Origin: a virus
IMG/VR virus record: IMGVR_UViG_3300036985_009306
Span: 32,001 to 96,000 of that record
Direction: 5' to 3' (one strand)
Length of the DNA: 64,000 nucleotides
The first letter of the stretch is position 1. Each line of letters opens with the position of its first letter. Position numbers and translations under genes: made by a program. Positions 9,855 through 19,581 of this stretch are shown here, one piece after another. The notes under the pieces are model-generated. The model saw only the letters and a program-made list of their open reading frames with translations, was not told the origin of the DNA and made no database searches.

Positions 9855-10564
9855 GATGTTTTATGAATAAAGAACAATATGAAAATCAATTTATACTTTT
9901 TAAAGAGAAATCTAAATTGGATGAAAGATTTGTTGTTGAAGAAACAAATAAATACATGATATTGAATGAAGACACTTACAAGTGTTCATATGATCAACAT
10001 TACATATATCATACTGCTTGGGCTGCACGTAGAATTTGTGAAAATAAACCCAAAAAACATGTAGATATTTCATCTTCTATTTATTTTTCAACTATTGTTT
10101 CTGCTTTTGTACCTGTAGATTTTTTTGATTATCGTCCTGTTGAACTTGATTTAGAAAACTACAATTCTGGAAAAGCTGATTTGACATGTTTACCTCATTC
10201 TGATAATAGTATACAGTCTTTATCTTGTATGCATGTTTTAGAGCATATTGGTTTAGGAAGATATGGAGATGCAATAGATCCTTTAGGAGATATTGTTGCT
10301 GCAAATGAATTAAAAAGAGTATTGGCTCCTGGAGGAATTCTTTATATGGTTTTACCAGTAGCATCAATAAATAAGATATGTTTTAATGCTCATAGAATTT
10401 ATTCTTTTAAAAGCGTACTTTCTCTTTTTAATGGATTGGTTTTAAAAAGTAATACTTTACTTTCATTATTTTCTAATAAAAGTGCTTTTATAAAAAATGC
10501 TTCAGAAAATGACTATAACCAACAAACTTATGGTTGTGGTTGTTTTGAGTTTCAAAAAATATAG
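9851..10564 (+). CDS. DUF268-family methyltransferase-like protein
   Basis: YDQHYIYHTAWAARRI, HVDISS, SCMHVLEHIGLGRYGD..DP.GD. Confidence 0.75.
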   Translation: MRCFMNKEQYENQFILFKEKSKLDERFVVEETNKYMILNEDTYKCSYDQHYIYHTAWAARRICENKPKKHVDISSSIYFSTIVSAFVPVDFFDYRPVELDLENYNSGKADLTCLPHSDNSIQSLSCMHVLEHIGLGRYGDAIDPLGDIVAANELKRVLAPGGILYMVLPVASINKICFNAHRIYSFKSVLSLFNGLVLKSNTLLSLFSNKSAFIKNASENDYNQQTYGCGCFEFQKI

Positions 10565-10575
10565 AAAAATTTGTT

Positions 10576-11085
10576 ATGCCTGCAACTATAGAAACTTATT
10601 GTATAGCATATGAATTTTCAACTAAATCCACTTTTCTTGAATTGGGTGGATTTTTAGGTGATGGAATATTGAAAGCACTTAATGTAGGTTTTAAAAATGT
10701 GATTTCTGTAGAATTATCAGAAGATTTATGTATGTTTTTAAAAAAAAGGTTTGTAAGTGATAAAAAAGTTATGATTGTACAAGGGGATGTTGAAAATGTA
10801 TTACCCGACATAATTAAAGACTTGAATGAACCATGTGCTATTATGTTAGATGCGCATTATAGTGGAAATGGTACAGTACGAGGTATTCATGATGACCCCA
10901 TAATTGAAGAACTTAGCATAATTGGTAGTAGTAAATTTAAAAATCATGTTTTAATGATAGATGATATGAGACTTCTTAATGATGAACAAATAAGAAAAAA
11001 AGTGCTTGAAATAAATCAAAATTATACTTTTATGTATGCTGAAGGTCACGTGAAAGATGATGTTCTCATCTGTTACATGAAATAA
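10576..11085 (+). CDS. Small methyltransferase-fold protein
   Basis: FLELGGFLGDG, ISVEL, MLDAHYSG, LMIDDMR. Confidence 0.6.
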   Translation: MPATIETYCIAYEFSTKSTFLELGGFLGDGILKALNVGFKNVISVELSEDLCMFLKKRFVSDKKVMIVQGDVENVLPDIIKDLNEPCAIMLDAHYSGNGTVRGIHDDPIIEELSIIGSSKFKNHVLMIDDMRLLNDEQIRKKVLEINQNYTFMYAEGHVKDDVLICYMK

Positions 11086-11089
11086 TAAA

Positions 11090-14000
11090 ATGAATATATC
11101 TATTGTAATCCCAGTTCATAATCAATGTCAATTGTTGCAAAATTGCATAAACTCTATTTTTGAAAAAACAAATACTGAGTTTCAAATTATTATTGTAAAT
11201 GATGGTTCTGATGAACAAACAACGAAATTTTGTCATCAACTTTATGAAACAAAGAAAATCAAGAAACTAGTTCATAATCCTGTTGCAAAAGGATTTAGTG
11301 AAAGTTGCAATCAAGGAATTGTTGCAAGTCAAGATTCTGATTATATTTGTCTTTTAAATTCTGACACAAAAATAGTCACAAAAAATTGGTTAGAAAAAGT
11401 GATTTTATGTGGAGAAAGTGATGAAAAAATAGGATGTCTTGGAGTATTATCTAATTGTGCAACTTGGCAATCTATAGGTAAAAACTTTGTCAAAGAAAGT
11501 GAAATACAAAAATATGGTGATTTGATCGTTTCTCTTTCAGAAAATCAATATCCCAGAACTAATTTGATTAATGGATTTTGTTTTTTTATTAAAACTAATG
11601 TTCAAAAACAAGTTGGACTTTTAGATGTTCAAGTTTTCCCTCATTATGGAAGTGAAGATGATTTTGCTTTAAGAATTAGACAAAAAGGATATGAGCTGGC
11701 AATTGTTGATAATGTCTATGTCTATCACTATTCTAATCAGTCTTATAAAGAAAAAAGAGAAAAAATAATGCATTATTCTTTGCCCAATTTATTAAAGAAA
11801 TGGGGAAACAAAAGAATAGTTCAAGATACAAATGTGTCAAATAATTCATTAAATTATTTAAAAAAGAAAATCAATGAATATTTTTCTTCTATGTCTTGTG
11901 ACATTATTATTGTTGTTCATAATGCTTTATCATATCTTAAAAAATGTATAGAAAGTATTCAAAAATACACTGATTATGAGCATAATATCTTTATTGTAGA
12001 TAATAACTCAAATGAAGAAACTAAATCTTATTTAAAAAGTCTTAAACATGTTCAAATTATTTCAAATAAGAAAAACTATGGTTTTGGTTATTCTAACAAT
12101 CAAGCAATAAGAAAATCAAAATCTAAATATGTATGTTTTTTAAACAGTGATACGATAGTTACGAAGAACTGGTTGACAAATTTGATTGAGTGTTTAGAAA
12201 AAAATAATGCAGGAATTGTAGGTCCAATTTCAAATGAAGTATCATCTGAACTACAAAAGGTAGATTATCTTTATGATGATAATGATGAAAATATTCAAGA
12301 TTTTGCAGAAAAAAGATACTTACAATATAAAGACAAAGTTGCAGAGTATAACAGACTTATTGGCTTTTGCATGGTCATGAAGAGAGAAGTCTTACAGAAG
12401 ACAGGATGTTTTGATGATAGATATAGATTTAATTTTGAAGATGATGATTTATGTTTAAGAACTGTAGAACAGGGATATAGACTTTATTGTTCATTTGGTG
12501 TATTTATATATCATTATGCAGGACAATCATTTAAAGAAAAATCAATAAACGTAGACTATAATAATATGCTTGAAACTAGTAGAGACTTATACAAAAAGAA
12601 ATGGTATGAAACTCAAAAAATAAAGTTTATTAATGAAAAAAAAGATAATATTTCAATAATCTATCTTTTAGAGTCAAATTCACCAAGTGGTGGAGTTAAA
12701 GTTGTTTTTGAACATGCAAATAGACTTAAAGATAGAGGTTATAATGTAAAGATATATTGTAGAAGAAATGAAACAGGAACAAATTGGTTTGATTTATATA
12801 CACCTATTGTCTATTTTTCTGAACCTCAAGAAGTTCCTCATTGTGACATTGCAATAGGTACCTATTTTACTACACTTCCTATTCTCCAAAAGATTAATAG
12901 TTCTATTAAAATTCATCTTTGTCAAGGATATGAAGCTTCTCTTTATGACAAAGTCAAAGAAAAAATGTTAATTTCTACTATACAAGATAATTATAAAAGT
13001 ATTAAAGAAAAAATAGTAGTCTCTAAATGGTTAAAAGAAATAATTGATAAAGAATACAAAATAGATTCTTATTATGTACCAAATGGTCTTGATCAATATG
13101 TGTTTTCATTTTCAAAACATCAAAGAAATAGAACACCGAGAATTCTTATTGTAGGAAATTATGGGCTTCAAATTAAAGGAGTAGCAATAGCTTTAAAAGC
13201 TGCAGAAGAATATTTAAAAGCTCATTCTCGTAATGAACCAATAATGCATCGTCAAGTTTATACAGCAATAAAAATTGTTAATAAAAAAGTTCAAGGAACG
13301 ATTGTAAGACTTGCATCTGAAAAAACTCAATTTGATGATAAATGTGAATTTCATGATATGTCAAAGATGACACAAGATGAGATTGCTAAAGTTTATGAAT
13401 CTTGTGATGTAACTCTTTGTGCCTCTTATAAAGTTGAAGGTTTTAGTTTACCACCTTTAGAATCTATGGCTAGTGGAACTCCTGTAATAACAACAGACTG
13501 TGGGGGTATAAATGATTATGCAATAAATAATGAAAATTCAATTATTGTACCTCCTGGTGATGTAAAAGCATTACAACAAGGTCTTGAGATGGTATTATCT
13601 AATAACGAGTTGTATTCTCGTTTGGTAGAGAATGGTTTAAAAACAGCCAATGAATATCCATGGTATAAACAAATAGATATACTTGAGGGATTTCTGCATA
13701 GGCTCTATTATAAACAAATTGCTCTGAGTAGAGAACAGCTGTCTGTATGTATGATTGTAAAGAATGAGCAATTGTGTTTAGCAAATTGTTTGGAATCTAT
13801 TAAGGGTCTTGCAAACGAAATAATAATTGTAGATACTGGTTCTACGGATGACACTATAAGAATAGCTAAAAGTTTTGGAGCAAAAATTTTTCATTTTGAG
13901 TGGATTGATGATTTCTCTGCTGCTAGAAATTTTGCTCTAGAAAAAGTGACTCAGTCTTGGACTTTTATTCTGGATGCTGATGAAGTAATAAGTCCAGTAG

Positions 14001-14962
14001 ATATATCAAAAATAAGAAATTTATTGAAACAAAATAAAGCTTATAGTTTTGTTTCTAGAAATTATGTTAATTCTACAAATATTGAAGATGTAGTTTGTTG
14101 TAAAGGTGAATACAAAAATGAAGAGAAAGATTTTGTTGGATGGTGTAGATCAGGTAAAGTTAGATTATTTCCTACGACAAAAGGTGCAAAGTTTAATGGG
14201 CAAATACATGAGCTAGTAGAAGATTCATTAGAAGAATTAAATATTAAAATTGAGATGTGTGATATTCCAGTTCATCATTATGGTTATCTTAAACAAAATA
14301 AAGAAAAAGGTGAGATATATTTAAAGTTGGGGAAGAATAAAGCAAAAGTTGGCGATAAGAAAGCACTTTATGAATTAGCATCGCAATATATGGCACTTAA
14401 TAATTATGATGAATCACTTGTTGTTTGGAGAAGATTGTTGTCAATAGAACCTAAAAATTATGATTATTTGTCACATATAGGAACTGTATTTAACTTGTTA
14501 AATGATTATGATCAAGCAGAGAAATATTTTCTTAAGTCTATTTCTATATGTCAATCTGAATATGCTTTTAAGCATTTAGCGATTTGTTATTCAAAATTAG
14601 ATAGATATAATGATGCATATTTAACGTTTAAAAAGATTGTTTATAAGACTGATGATTTGAAAACAATGGCAGATTTTGCATATTGTTGTAATACATTAAA
14701 GAAATATGACGAAGCGATTTCTATTTTAGAAAAATGTTTGAAAATTAATAGAGAAATAACTGTGTCTTGGGGGCTGTTAGAATCAGCTTATAATGAGAAG
14801 GGAATAGAGTTTGCAAGTGCAAATAACCTTAATCAAGCATTGGTGATGTTCAAAAAAGCTTTAGATTTAGATTGTAGATTTGAAGCAGCTCAAACAAATC
14901 TAAATGTGGTCAATAAACTTTTAAGTACTGGGTCATTTTCTAAAAGTTTTATCAAAGTTTAA
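11090..14962 (+). CDS. Multidomain glycosyltransferase GT2-GT2-GT4-GT2-TPR
   Basis: Two SIVIPVHN/DIIIVVHN...LNSDT GT2 units; SGGVKVVFEHANRL...EGFSLPPLESMASG GT4; LSVCMIVKNE...VDTGSTD...LDADE GT2; C-terminal TPR-like helical repeats. Confidence 0.9.
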   Translation: MNISIVIPVHNQCQLLQNCINSIFEKTNTEFQIIIVNDGSDEQTTKFCHQLYETKKIKKLVHNPVAKGFSESCNQGIVASQDSDYICLLNSDTKIVTKNWLEKVILCGESDEKIGCLGVLSNCATWQSIGKNFVKESEIQKYGDLIVSLSENQYPRTNLINGFCFFIKTNVQKQVGLLDVQVFPHYGSEDDFALRIRQKGYELAIVDNVYVYHYSNQSYKEKREKIMHYSLPNLLKKWGNKRIVQDTNVSNNSLNYLKKKINEYFSSMSCDIIIVVHNALSYLKKCIESIQKYTDYEHNIFIVDNNSNEETKSYLKSLKHVQIISNKKNYGFGYSNNQAIRKSKSKYVCFLNSDTIVTKNWLTNLIECLEKNNAGIVGPISNEVSSELQKVDYLYDDNDENIQDFAEKRYLQYKDKVAEYNRLIGFCMVMKREVLQKTGCFDDRYRFNFEDDDLCLRTVEQGYRLYCSFGVFIYHYAGQSFKEKSINVDYNNMLETSRDLYKKKWYETQKIKFINEKKDNISIIYLLESNSPSGGVKVVFEHANRLKDRGYNVKIYCRRNETGTNWFDLYTPIVYFSEPQEVPHCDIAIGTYFTTLPILQKINSSIKIHLCQGYEASLYDKVKEKMLISTIQDNYKSIKEKIVVSKWLKEIIDKEYKIDSYYVPNGLDQYVFSFSKHQRNRTPRILIVGNYGLQIKGVAIALKAAEEYLKAHSRNEPIMHRQVYTAIKIVNKKVQGTIVRLASEKTQFDDKCEFHDMSKMTQDEIAKVYESCDVTLCASYKVEGFSLPPLESMASGTPVITTDCGGINDYAINNENSIIVPPGDVKALQQGLEMVLSNNELYSRLVENGLKTANEYPWYKQIDILEGFLHRLYYKQIALSREQLSVCMIVKNEQLCLANCLESIKGLANEIIIVDTGSTDDTIRIAKSFGAKIFHFEWIDDFSAARNFALEKVTQSWTFILDADEVISPVDISKIRNLLKQNKAYSFVSRNYVNSTNIEDVVCCKGEYKNEEKDFVGWCRSGKVRLFPTTKGAKFNGQIHELVEDSLEELNIKIEMCDIPVHHYGYLKQNKEKGEIYLKLGKNKAKVGDKKALYELASQYMALNNYDESLVVWRRLLSIEPKNYDYLSHIGTVFNLLNDYDQAEKYFLKSISICQSEYAFKHLAICYSKLDRYNDAYLTFKKIVYKTDDLKTMADFAYCCNTLKKYDEAISILEKCLKINREITVSWGLLESAYNEKGIEFASANNLNQALVMFKKALDLDCRFEAAQTNLNVVNKLLSTGSFSKSFIKV

Positions 14963-14967
14963 AGAAT

Positions 14968-15348
14968 GTGAGACAAATACCCAAAAATATAAAAGGAAGA
15001 GTAAAAAATTTTTTTGATACATATTTAAAGAGTTTAGCTATTTCAGGAGATGAGAATATTAAAACTGAATTAGCAAAACGAGGCCAAGAAGCCGAAGTTG
15101 AACATTCTATAGGAAAAAATGAAATAGTTTTTACTGTAAAACCAAAGATAGAGAAACTAGAGACAAAAAAGGTTCCAAAAAAGGAAGCTGCAAAGTTTAA
15201 AAAGGTATTAGGTCCTGTACCATTAGAAATGTTAAATCAAGAAATGAGTGATCAAGAGATTTCTGAAGTAGCTGTCGACGAAGCTATGCAGATTACTCAG
15301 GATGATTCATTTAATAAATTTAATGAATTAATAGAAAAAATGTATTAA
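14968..15348 (+). CDS. Hypothetical protein
   Basis: 126-aa ORF with GTG start, tightly packed. Confidence 0.55.
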   Translation: MRQIPKNIKGRVKNFFDTYLKSLAISGDENIKTELAKRGQEAEVEHSIGKNEIVFTVKPKIEKLETKKVPKKEAAKFKKVLGPVPLEMLNQEMSDQEISEVAVDEAMQITQDDSFNKFNELIEKMY

Positions 15349-15357
15349 TTAAAAGTT

Positions 15358-15981
15358 ATGTGCATTTGGGTAAGGAAAAAAATGAAAAATTTTCAACAAA
15401 CTTTGATGAGAACAATGTGGAAACCTCAAAAAAGATCTGGTATAAGTATGGTAATTAGAGGAAAAATTCTAAATGTAGTTCAATTAATAGACATAAATAG
15501 AACAGTACAATGTGGACAGGAAATAAGTCTTGATGAGTTTGAAGTTAACAGATCAAGAGACTTACAGAATGCTATTAAAAGAGATTGGGTGGAAGTAATA
15601 TTTGATAAATATAAACAAATAGAAAATAGACATGGAACTGAAGATGTTGTTGGTATTGCAAAAAAAATGGCTCAATCAATGGCTGAAGAGATGATAAAGA
15701 ATAGTCCTTTGGTAAAAGAGATAGCAAAAGAAGTTGCAAAAGAAATGTTGTCGGGAATACAAGATAGCTTAAAAGCGCATCCTCAACAAATTGTAATTCA
15801 ACAGGTAGGAGAAAAGAAGATAGATCTTAAGGATTCTGATAACGTTTTTGTAGAATTTAAAGATGAAGAAGTTGGAATGACTTCAAATATAAAAGAGATA
15901 GGAAAAGTTGAGATACAGAAAGATGATCTTACGAGTTCATTAGAGAAAATGAAGAAATTTAGACAAAATCAAAAAGGGTAA
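15358..15981 (+). CDS. Hypothetical protein with helical C-terminus (true start possibly 15448)
   Basis: ORF track; MAQSMAEEMIK...AKEVAKEML helical stretch. Confidence 0.55.
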   Translation: MCIWVRKKMKNFQQTLMRTMWKPQKRSGISMVIRGKILNVVQLIDINRTVQCGQEISLDEFEVNRSRDLQNAIKRDWVEVIFDKYKQIENRHGTEDVVGIAKKMAQSMAEEMIKNSPLVKEIAKEVAKEMLSGIQDSLKAHPQQIVIQQVGEKKIDLKDSDNVFVEFKDEEVGMTSNIKEIGKVEIQKDDLTSSLEKMKKFRQNQKG

Positions 15982-15982
15982 T

Positions 15983-16180
15983 ATGGACACAGAAAAGTTA
16001 GTTTTTGAAATAATTGCTACAGGTCCTTCAAAGTCTCAAAAAGGTGATGTGGTTCAATATTTGCTTGAACAAGGTTTTTTTGATGATGACAAGTCAATGG
16101 CAGATTCACTGAAGAAGAGAGACAAGCTACCAGGTGGAAATCCAATAGATGTAAAGAAAGAATTTGATAGACAAAATTAA
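15983..16180 (+). CDS. Small hypothetical protein
   Basis: 65 aa, packed between neighbours. Confidence 0.5.
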   Translation: MDTEKLVFEIIATGPSKSQKGDVVQYLLEQGFFDDDKSMADSLKKRDKLPGGNPIDVKKEFDRQN

Positions 16181-16201
16181 ATTAATGAAAGGAAAAAATT
16201 C

Positions 16202-17266
16202 ATGAATATTAATGTAGATGAAAACAAAACAGATTTAAGTGAGCAATTGATTTCAAGAAAAAAATCTGAGATCAAAAGACAACCCGGAGTAGGGTTAGAT
16301 TGTGGTACAATGTTTACTGTTAGTGCAAGTTATTATAATGGTAATACATCATTCGCAAGTGAAAGAAATGCATTTTTTGATATTGAAAATAGTTCAATTT
16401 CAAAAAGTATGTTATCAAAATTAAAAGCAAATTTTGTAGAATCATCTGATAAAAAAAGTTTGTATGTTATTGGTAATGAAGCTCTATTTATTGCAGACTT
16501 TTTTAACAAGGATTGCAGACGTCCTTTTTCAAAAGGCGTTCTTTCAACTAGAGAAACAGAAGCTATTTTTATTATAAAGATGATTTTAAAAAATTTGGTT
16601 AGAGAACCAGTTGTTGAAAACGAAAAACTATTCTTTTCTGTTCCAGCTGATCCTATAGATGCTGATTTTAATAATATCTATCATCAAAACATTATAAAGT
16701 CGTTTTTGATGTCTTTTGGGTATAACCCTCAACCAATGAATGAAGCATTTGCAATTATATGGTCAGAATTAGAAGATGAGAAATATTCTGGGATGGCTTT
16801 GTCATTTGGTGCAGGTAGTGTAAATATTGCTCTTTCTCTTTATGGAATATCAAATAGTAATCAACAATTTTGTCTTGCAAGGTCAGGAGATTATATAGAT
16901 TCGAATGCAGCGCAAGCATTGGGTGTTAAAACATCTAGAATAACAACAATAAAGGAAGCAGGTTTAGATCTTTTGAATCCTAAGAATAGAGAAGAAACAG
17001 CAATAAAAATTTATTATGAAAATTTAATATCATATACTTGTAATGCAATAGAAAAAAAATTTAATAATACACAAGATGTACCTAATTTTAAAGAACCTAT
17101 ATCTATTGTAATTAGTGGTGGAACATCAAAAGCAAACAATTTTGATAAGTTGTTTGAACAAGAAATAAAGAGTAAGAGTTTGCCATTTTCTATAAAGCAA
17201 GTAAAAAAGGCTTCAGATCCTTTGAATGTTGTTGCTAAAGGTTGTTTATTGAATGCATTGGAATGA
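16202..17266 (+). CDS. Actin-fold ATPase (ParM/MreB/MamK superfamily)
   Basis: Phosphate-1 GLDCGTMF, FSVPAD, connect-1 MNEAFAII, phosphate-2 SFGAGSVN, adenosine VISGGTS, connect-2 DPLNVVAKGC. Confidence 0.85.
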   Translation: MNINVDENKTDLSEQLISRKKSEIKRQPGVGLDCGTMFTVSASYYNGNTSFASERNAFFDIENSSISKSMLSKLKANFVESSDKKSLYVIGNEALFIADFFNKDCRRPFSKGVLSTRETEAIFIIKMILKNLVREPVVENEKLFFSVPADPIDADFNNIYHQNIIKSFLMSFGYNPQPMNEAFAIIWSELEDEKYSGMALSFGAGSVNIALSLYGISNSNQQFCLARSGDYIDSNAAQALGVKTSRITTIKEAGLDLLNPKNREETAIKIYYENLISYTCNAIEKKFNNTQDVPNFKEPISIVISGGTSKANNFDKLFEQEIKSKSLPFSIKQVKKASDPLNVVAKGCLLNALE

Positions 17267-17269
17267 TTT

Positions 17270-17581
17270 GTGAATATTCAAGAATTTAAAAAAATTTTAG
17301 AAAGTGAGTTGTCCAAAGACAACAAGCTTATTGCAGGAAGATTTTTTGGTAAAGATATAGATAAGAGAATTAATAATAATTTAAAATGGAAAACTACACT
17401 TGAAAAAGGATATGGATTAGTCATTGTTTGGGTTAAAAAATTTTTTATGGAGCTTTGTCTTAATGATATTAAAAAAATAGATGATAATCTTTATTTAGAA
17501 AATAAGTTTGTTGATTTTAATGAAGACAACTTAAAAAAATGTTTTGTTAATTGGTTCAATAGTGAGGGTAAGCTAATTTAG
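17270..17581 (+). CDS. Hypothetical protein
   Basis: 103-aa ORF with GTG start. Confidence 0.5.
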   Translation: MNIQEFKKILESELSKDNKLIAGRFFGKDIDKRINNNLKWKTTLEKGYGLVIVWVKKFFMELCLNDIKKIDDNLYLENKFVDFNEDNLKKCFVNWFNSEGKLI

Positions 17582-17642
17582 ATTTTTCACTTTAAAGATG
17601 ATATCACAAAATTTGTTAAGATGACTTAAAAAGGAGAATATC

Positions 17643-17996
17643 ATGAAAAAAGAGATTTTGGCTGATCTATCTAAAGTTGTAAAAGAGACTATAACCTTAG
17701 ATCAACCTATGTCAGAAGATTTGAGCATACTTGCAAGACATTTGGCATCTGCTCTTTCTGATGAAGAATTGGATGAAATGACTGAAAAGAGTGCAACTTT
17801 AGAAAAAGATGCAAAACTTATTAATGAAGGTGACACTGTAGTATGTGTAGATAATTTTAGCCCTCTATACAAGGGCCGTCGGTATATTGTTTCAGATGCA
17901 AGTATTCCTGGTTTTTTGGTAGTGCGTGAAGAAGACGGGTCAGATGTGGGCATTTTTGCCGTAAATAGATTTTCTCTTGATTGGTCTGGATATTAA
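17643..17996 (+). CDS. Hypothetical protein with possible small beta (SH3-like) C-terminal domain
   Basis: AAGGAG SD; INEGDTVVCVD...YIV...LVVRE. Confidence 0.6.
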   Translation: MKKEILADLSKVVKETITLDQPMSEDLSILARHLASALSDEELDEMTEKSATLEKDAKLINEGDTVVCVDNFSPLYKGRRYIVSDASIPGFLVVREEDGSDVGIFAVNRFSLDWSGY

Positions 17997-18031
17997 GTAA
18001 TTTATGCAAAATATTATAGATCAAGAATTTA

Positions 18032-18241
18032 ATGAAGACAATTTTTACAAATCTTAAATTTGAACAATTCAATTGCAGGATAATCATGTCAGAAAAACAA
18101 TTAAAAACATATAAACCTGGTGAAATTATTTTTATTAGAGACAAAGGTGATTTTGAAATAATCAAAGATTTGGGTTCAAAATTAATGATAAGACGGAAAG
18201 ACAGTTGTGTCAAAATAATATTAAATAAAGACAGAATTTAA
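18032..18241 (+). CDS. Small hypothetical protein
   Basis: 69 aa; YKPGEIIFIRDKGDFEII. Confidence 0.45.
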   Translation: MKTIFTNLKFEQFNCRIIMSEKQLKTYKPGEIIFIRDKGDFEIIKDLGSKLMIRRKDSCVKIILNKDRI

Positions 18242-18319
18242 ATGTCGCTTTGTCCAGTTTGCAATAAAGAGTGTATTCGTGTTAGTAATCATTTGACTAT
18301 GTCAAGAGATGAAGCCTAA
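18242..18319 (+). CDS. 25-aa CxxC peptide (MSLCPVCNKECIRVSNHLTMSRDEA), not in the ORF track
   Basis: ATG immediately after the previous TAA; zinc-finger-like CPVC...H; ends just before the next SD. Confidence 0.35.
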   Translation: MSLCPVCNKECIRVSNHLTMSRDEA

Positions 18320-18330
18320 GGGAGGTCTAT

Positions 18331-19554
18331 ATCTATTTTATTGTTTCAAACGGGCTCAAGAAGAGGCTTGTTTTAATCTTTCAGGATATTTTGTCTAAAC
18401 ATCCTATTTTTGAGAAAGCAAAAGTTTATACTAAGTTTCCAACAGATGAACGTCCTAAGTATGCAATAATAATTCGTTCATCTTCAGGAATGGCTCAAAA
18501 GTTAAGTCTTGACAACTTTATTGCTACTCATAGAGGATTTTGTGCTCTAGCAAATCTTAAGGATGTTCCAGGAAATTCAATCGAATGGGTGCGAGATGAT
18601 CAGAGTAACCTGGATAACCTTTCGGCCCCAGGTTACTATATAGTAAAAATAACTGGTCACGATCCATCTACTAATTTATTCCAATTTACAATAGATCCCT
18701 ATCTTATAATTAATGATGAACCATTGTCTATCCAAACAATAAGTGGTAAAGATGGAGGAATTCTAAAAAATTTACCTGTTAATCCTAATTCTGAGTTTGT
18801 GTTTTCAGAAAGTAATAGATTCCAGTTCAAAAGAGATATAGAATATACAATTGATTATACTACAGGTCAAATTTTGTTTAACGATCTTGTAACTGATTTT
18901 ACACCAATTGTTGTTGATTATCAATCACTTTGTCCTCAAATGGGACCATTTACTACAGAATATTATAAACTTCATAACGATGCTCTTCCGGGTGTGATTC
19001 TAGCTTTTGGTGACAGACTTAAAGTAAATGATGAACAAGTTGTTGTTGTCACAAAAGAAGACAAAGATATTGCTAAAGTTTTTGGTGGACGTTGGGTAAT
19101 GGATTTTGAAATCATTGGGTTAGCACAGGACCCTGATCAACAAGAAAGACTTGTAGATTATGTAGTAACATCATTGTGGGCGGAATATCAGGATGCTTTG
19201 ACAAATGAAGGAATTGTAATTAGAGATTTTACTCTTTCAGGAGAAGCTGAGGATTTAGAAGTAGAAATACCTGAAGAATATAATTTTACTGGTGGTATAA
19301 GTTTTTCAATGGAAGCTGATTGGGAAGTTTATGTGCCAACTATTTCTGAAGTTCGTAGAATTAATGTTTCTTATGGTAAAGAAAGTTTTAAAGAGGAATT
19401 AGATTATCCGACGGAAGTCAAATATGAAGAGACGCAATTTGATGAAAGAATGTTAAATTCCGGTCATCAATTAGGATTACAAGTAGTACCCTCTCTTGAT
19501 GCATATATTGTACATCCAAGTCCATTTCCGAGAGTTTCTCCAAGAAAATACTAA
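18331..19554 (+). CDS. Putative tail terminator/tail-completion protein with inserted beta domain (track start 18391; frame open from ATC 18331)
   Basis: FPTDERPKYAIIIRSSSG and acidic C-terminal EAEDL...EEYNF...SFSMEADWEVYVP resemble tail-terminator proteins; lies upstream of fibre and sheath. Confidence 0.5.
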   Translation: MYFIVSNGLKKRLVLIFQDILSKHPIFEKAKVYTKFPTDERPKYAIIIRSSSGMAQKLSLDNFIATHRGFCALANLKDVPGNSIEWVRDDQSNLDNLSAPGYYIVKITGHDPSTNLFQFTIDPYLIINDEPLSIQTISGKDGGILKNLPVNPNSEFVFSESNRFQFKRDIEYTIDYTTGQILFNDLVTDFTPIVVDYQSLCPQMGPFTTEYYKLHNDALPGVILAFGDRLKVNDEQVVVVTKEDKDIAKVFGGRWVMDFEIIGLAQDPDQQERLVDYVVTSLWAEYQDALTNEGIVIRDFTLSGEAEDLEVEIPEEYNFTGGISFSMEADWEVYVPTISEVRRINVSYGKESFKEELDYPTEVKYEETQFDERMLNSGHQLGLQVVPSLDAYIVHPSPFPRVSPRKY

Positions 19555-19581
19555 GTTTTTTAAAGCCTTTATTAAAAACAT

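Noticed and set aside
15349-15460. Alternative-frame fragment YVHLGKEKNEKF...ETSKKIWYKYGN as a GT remnant
   Set aside because: The similarity to GT2 C-termini is too weak to distinguish from chance in AT-rich sequence.
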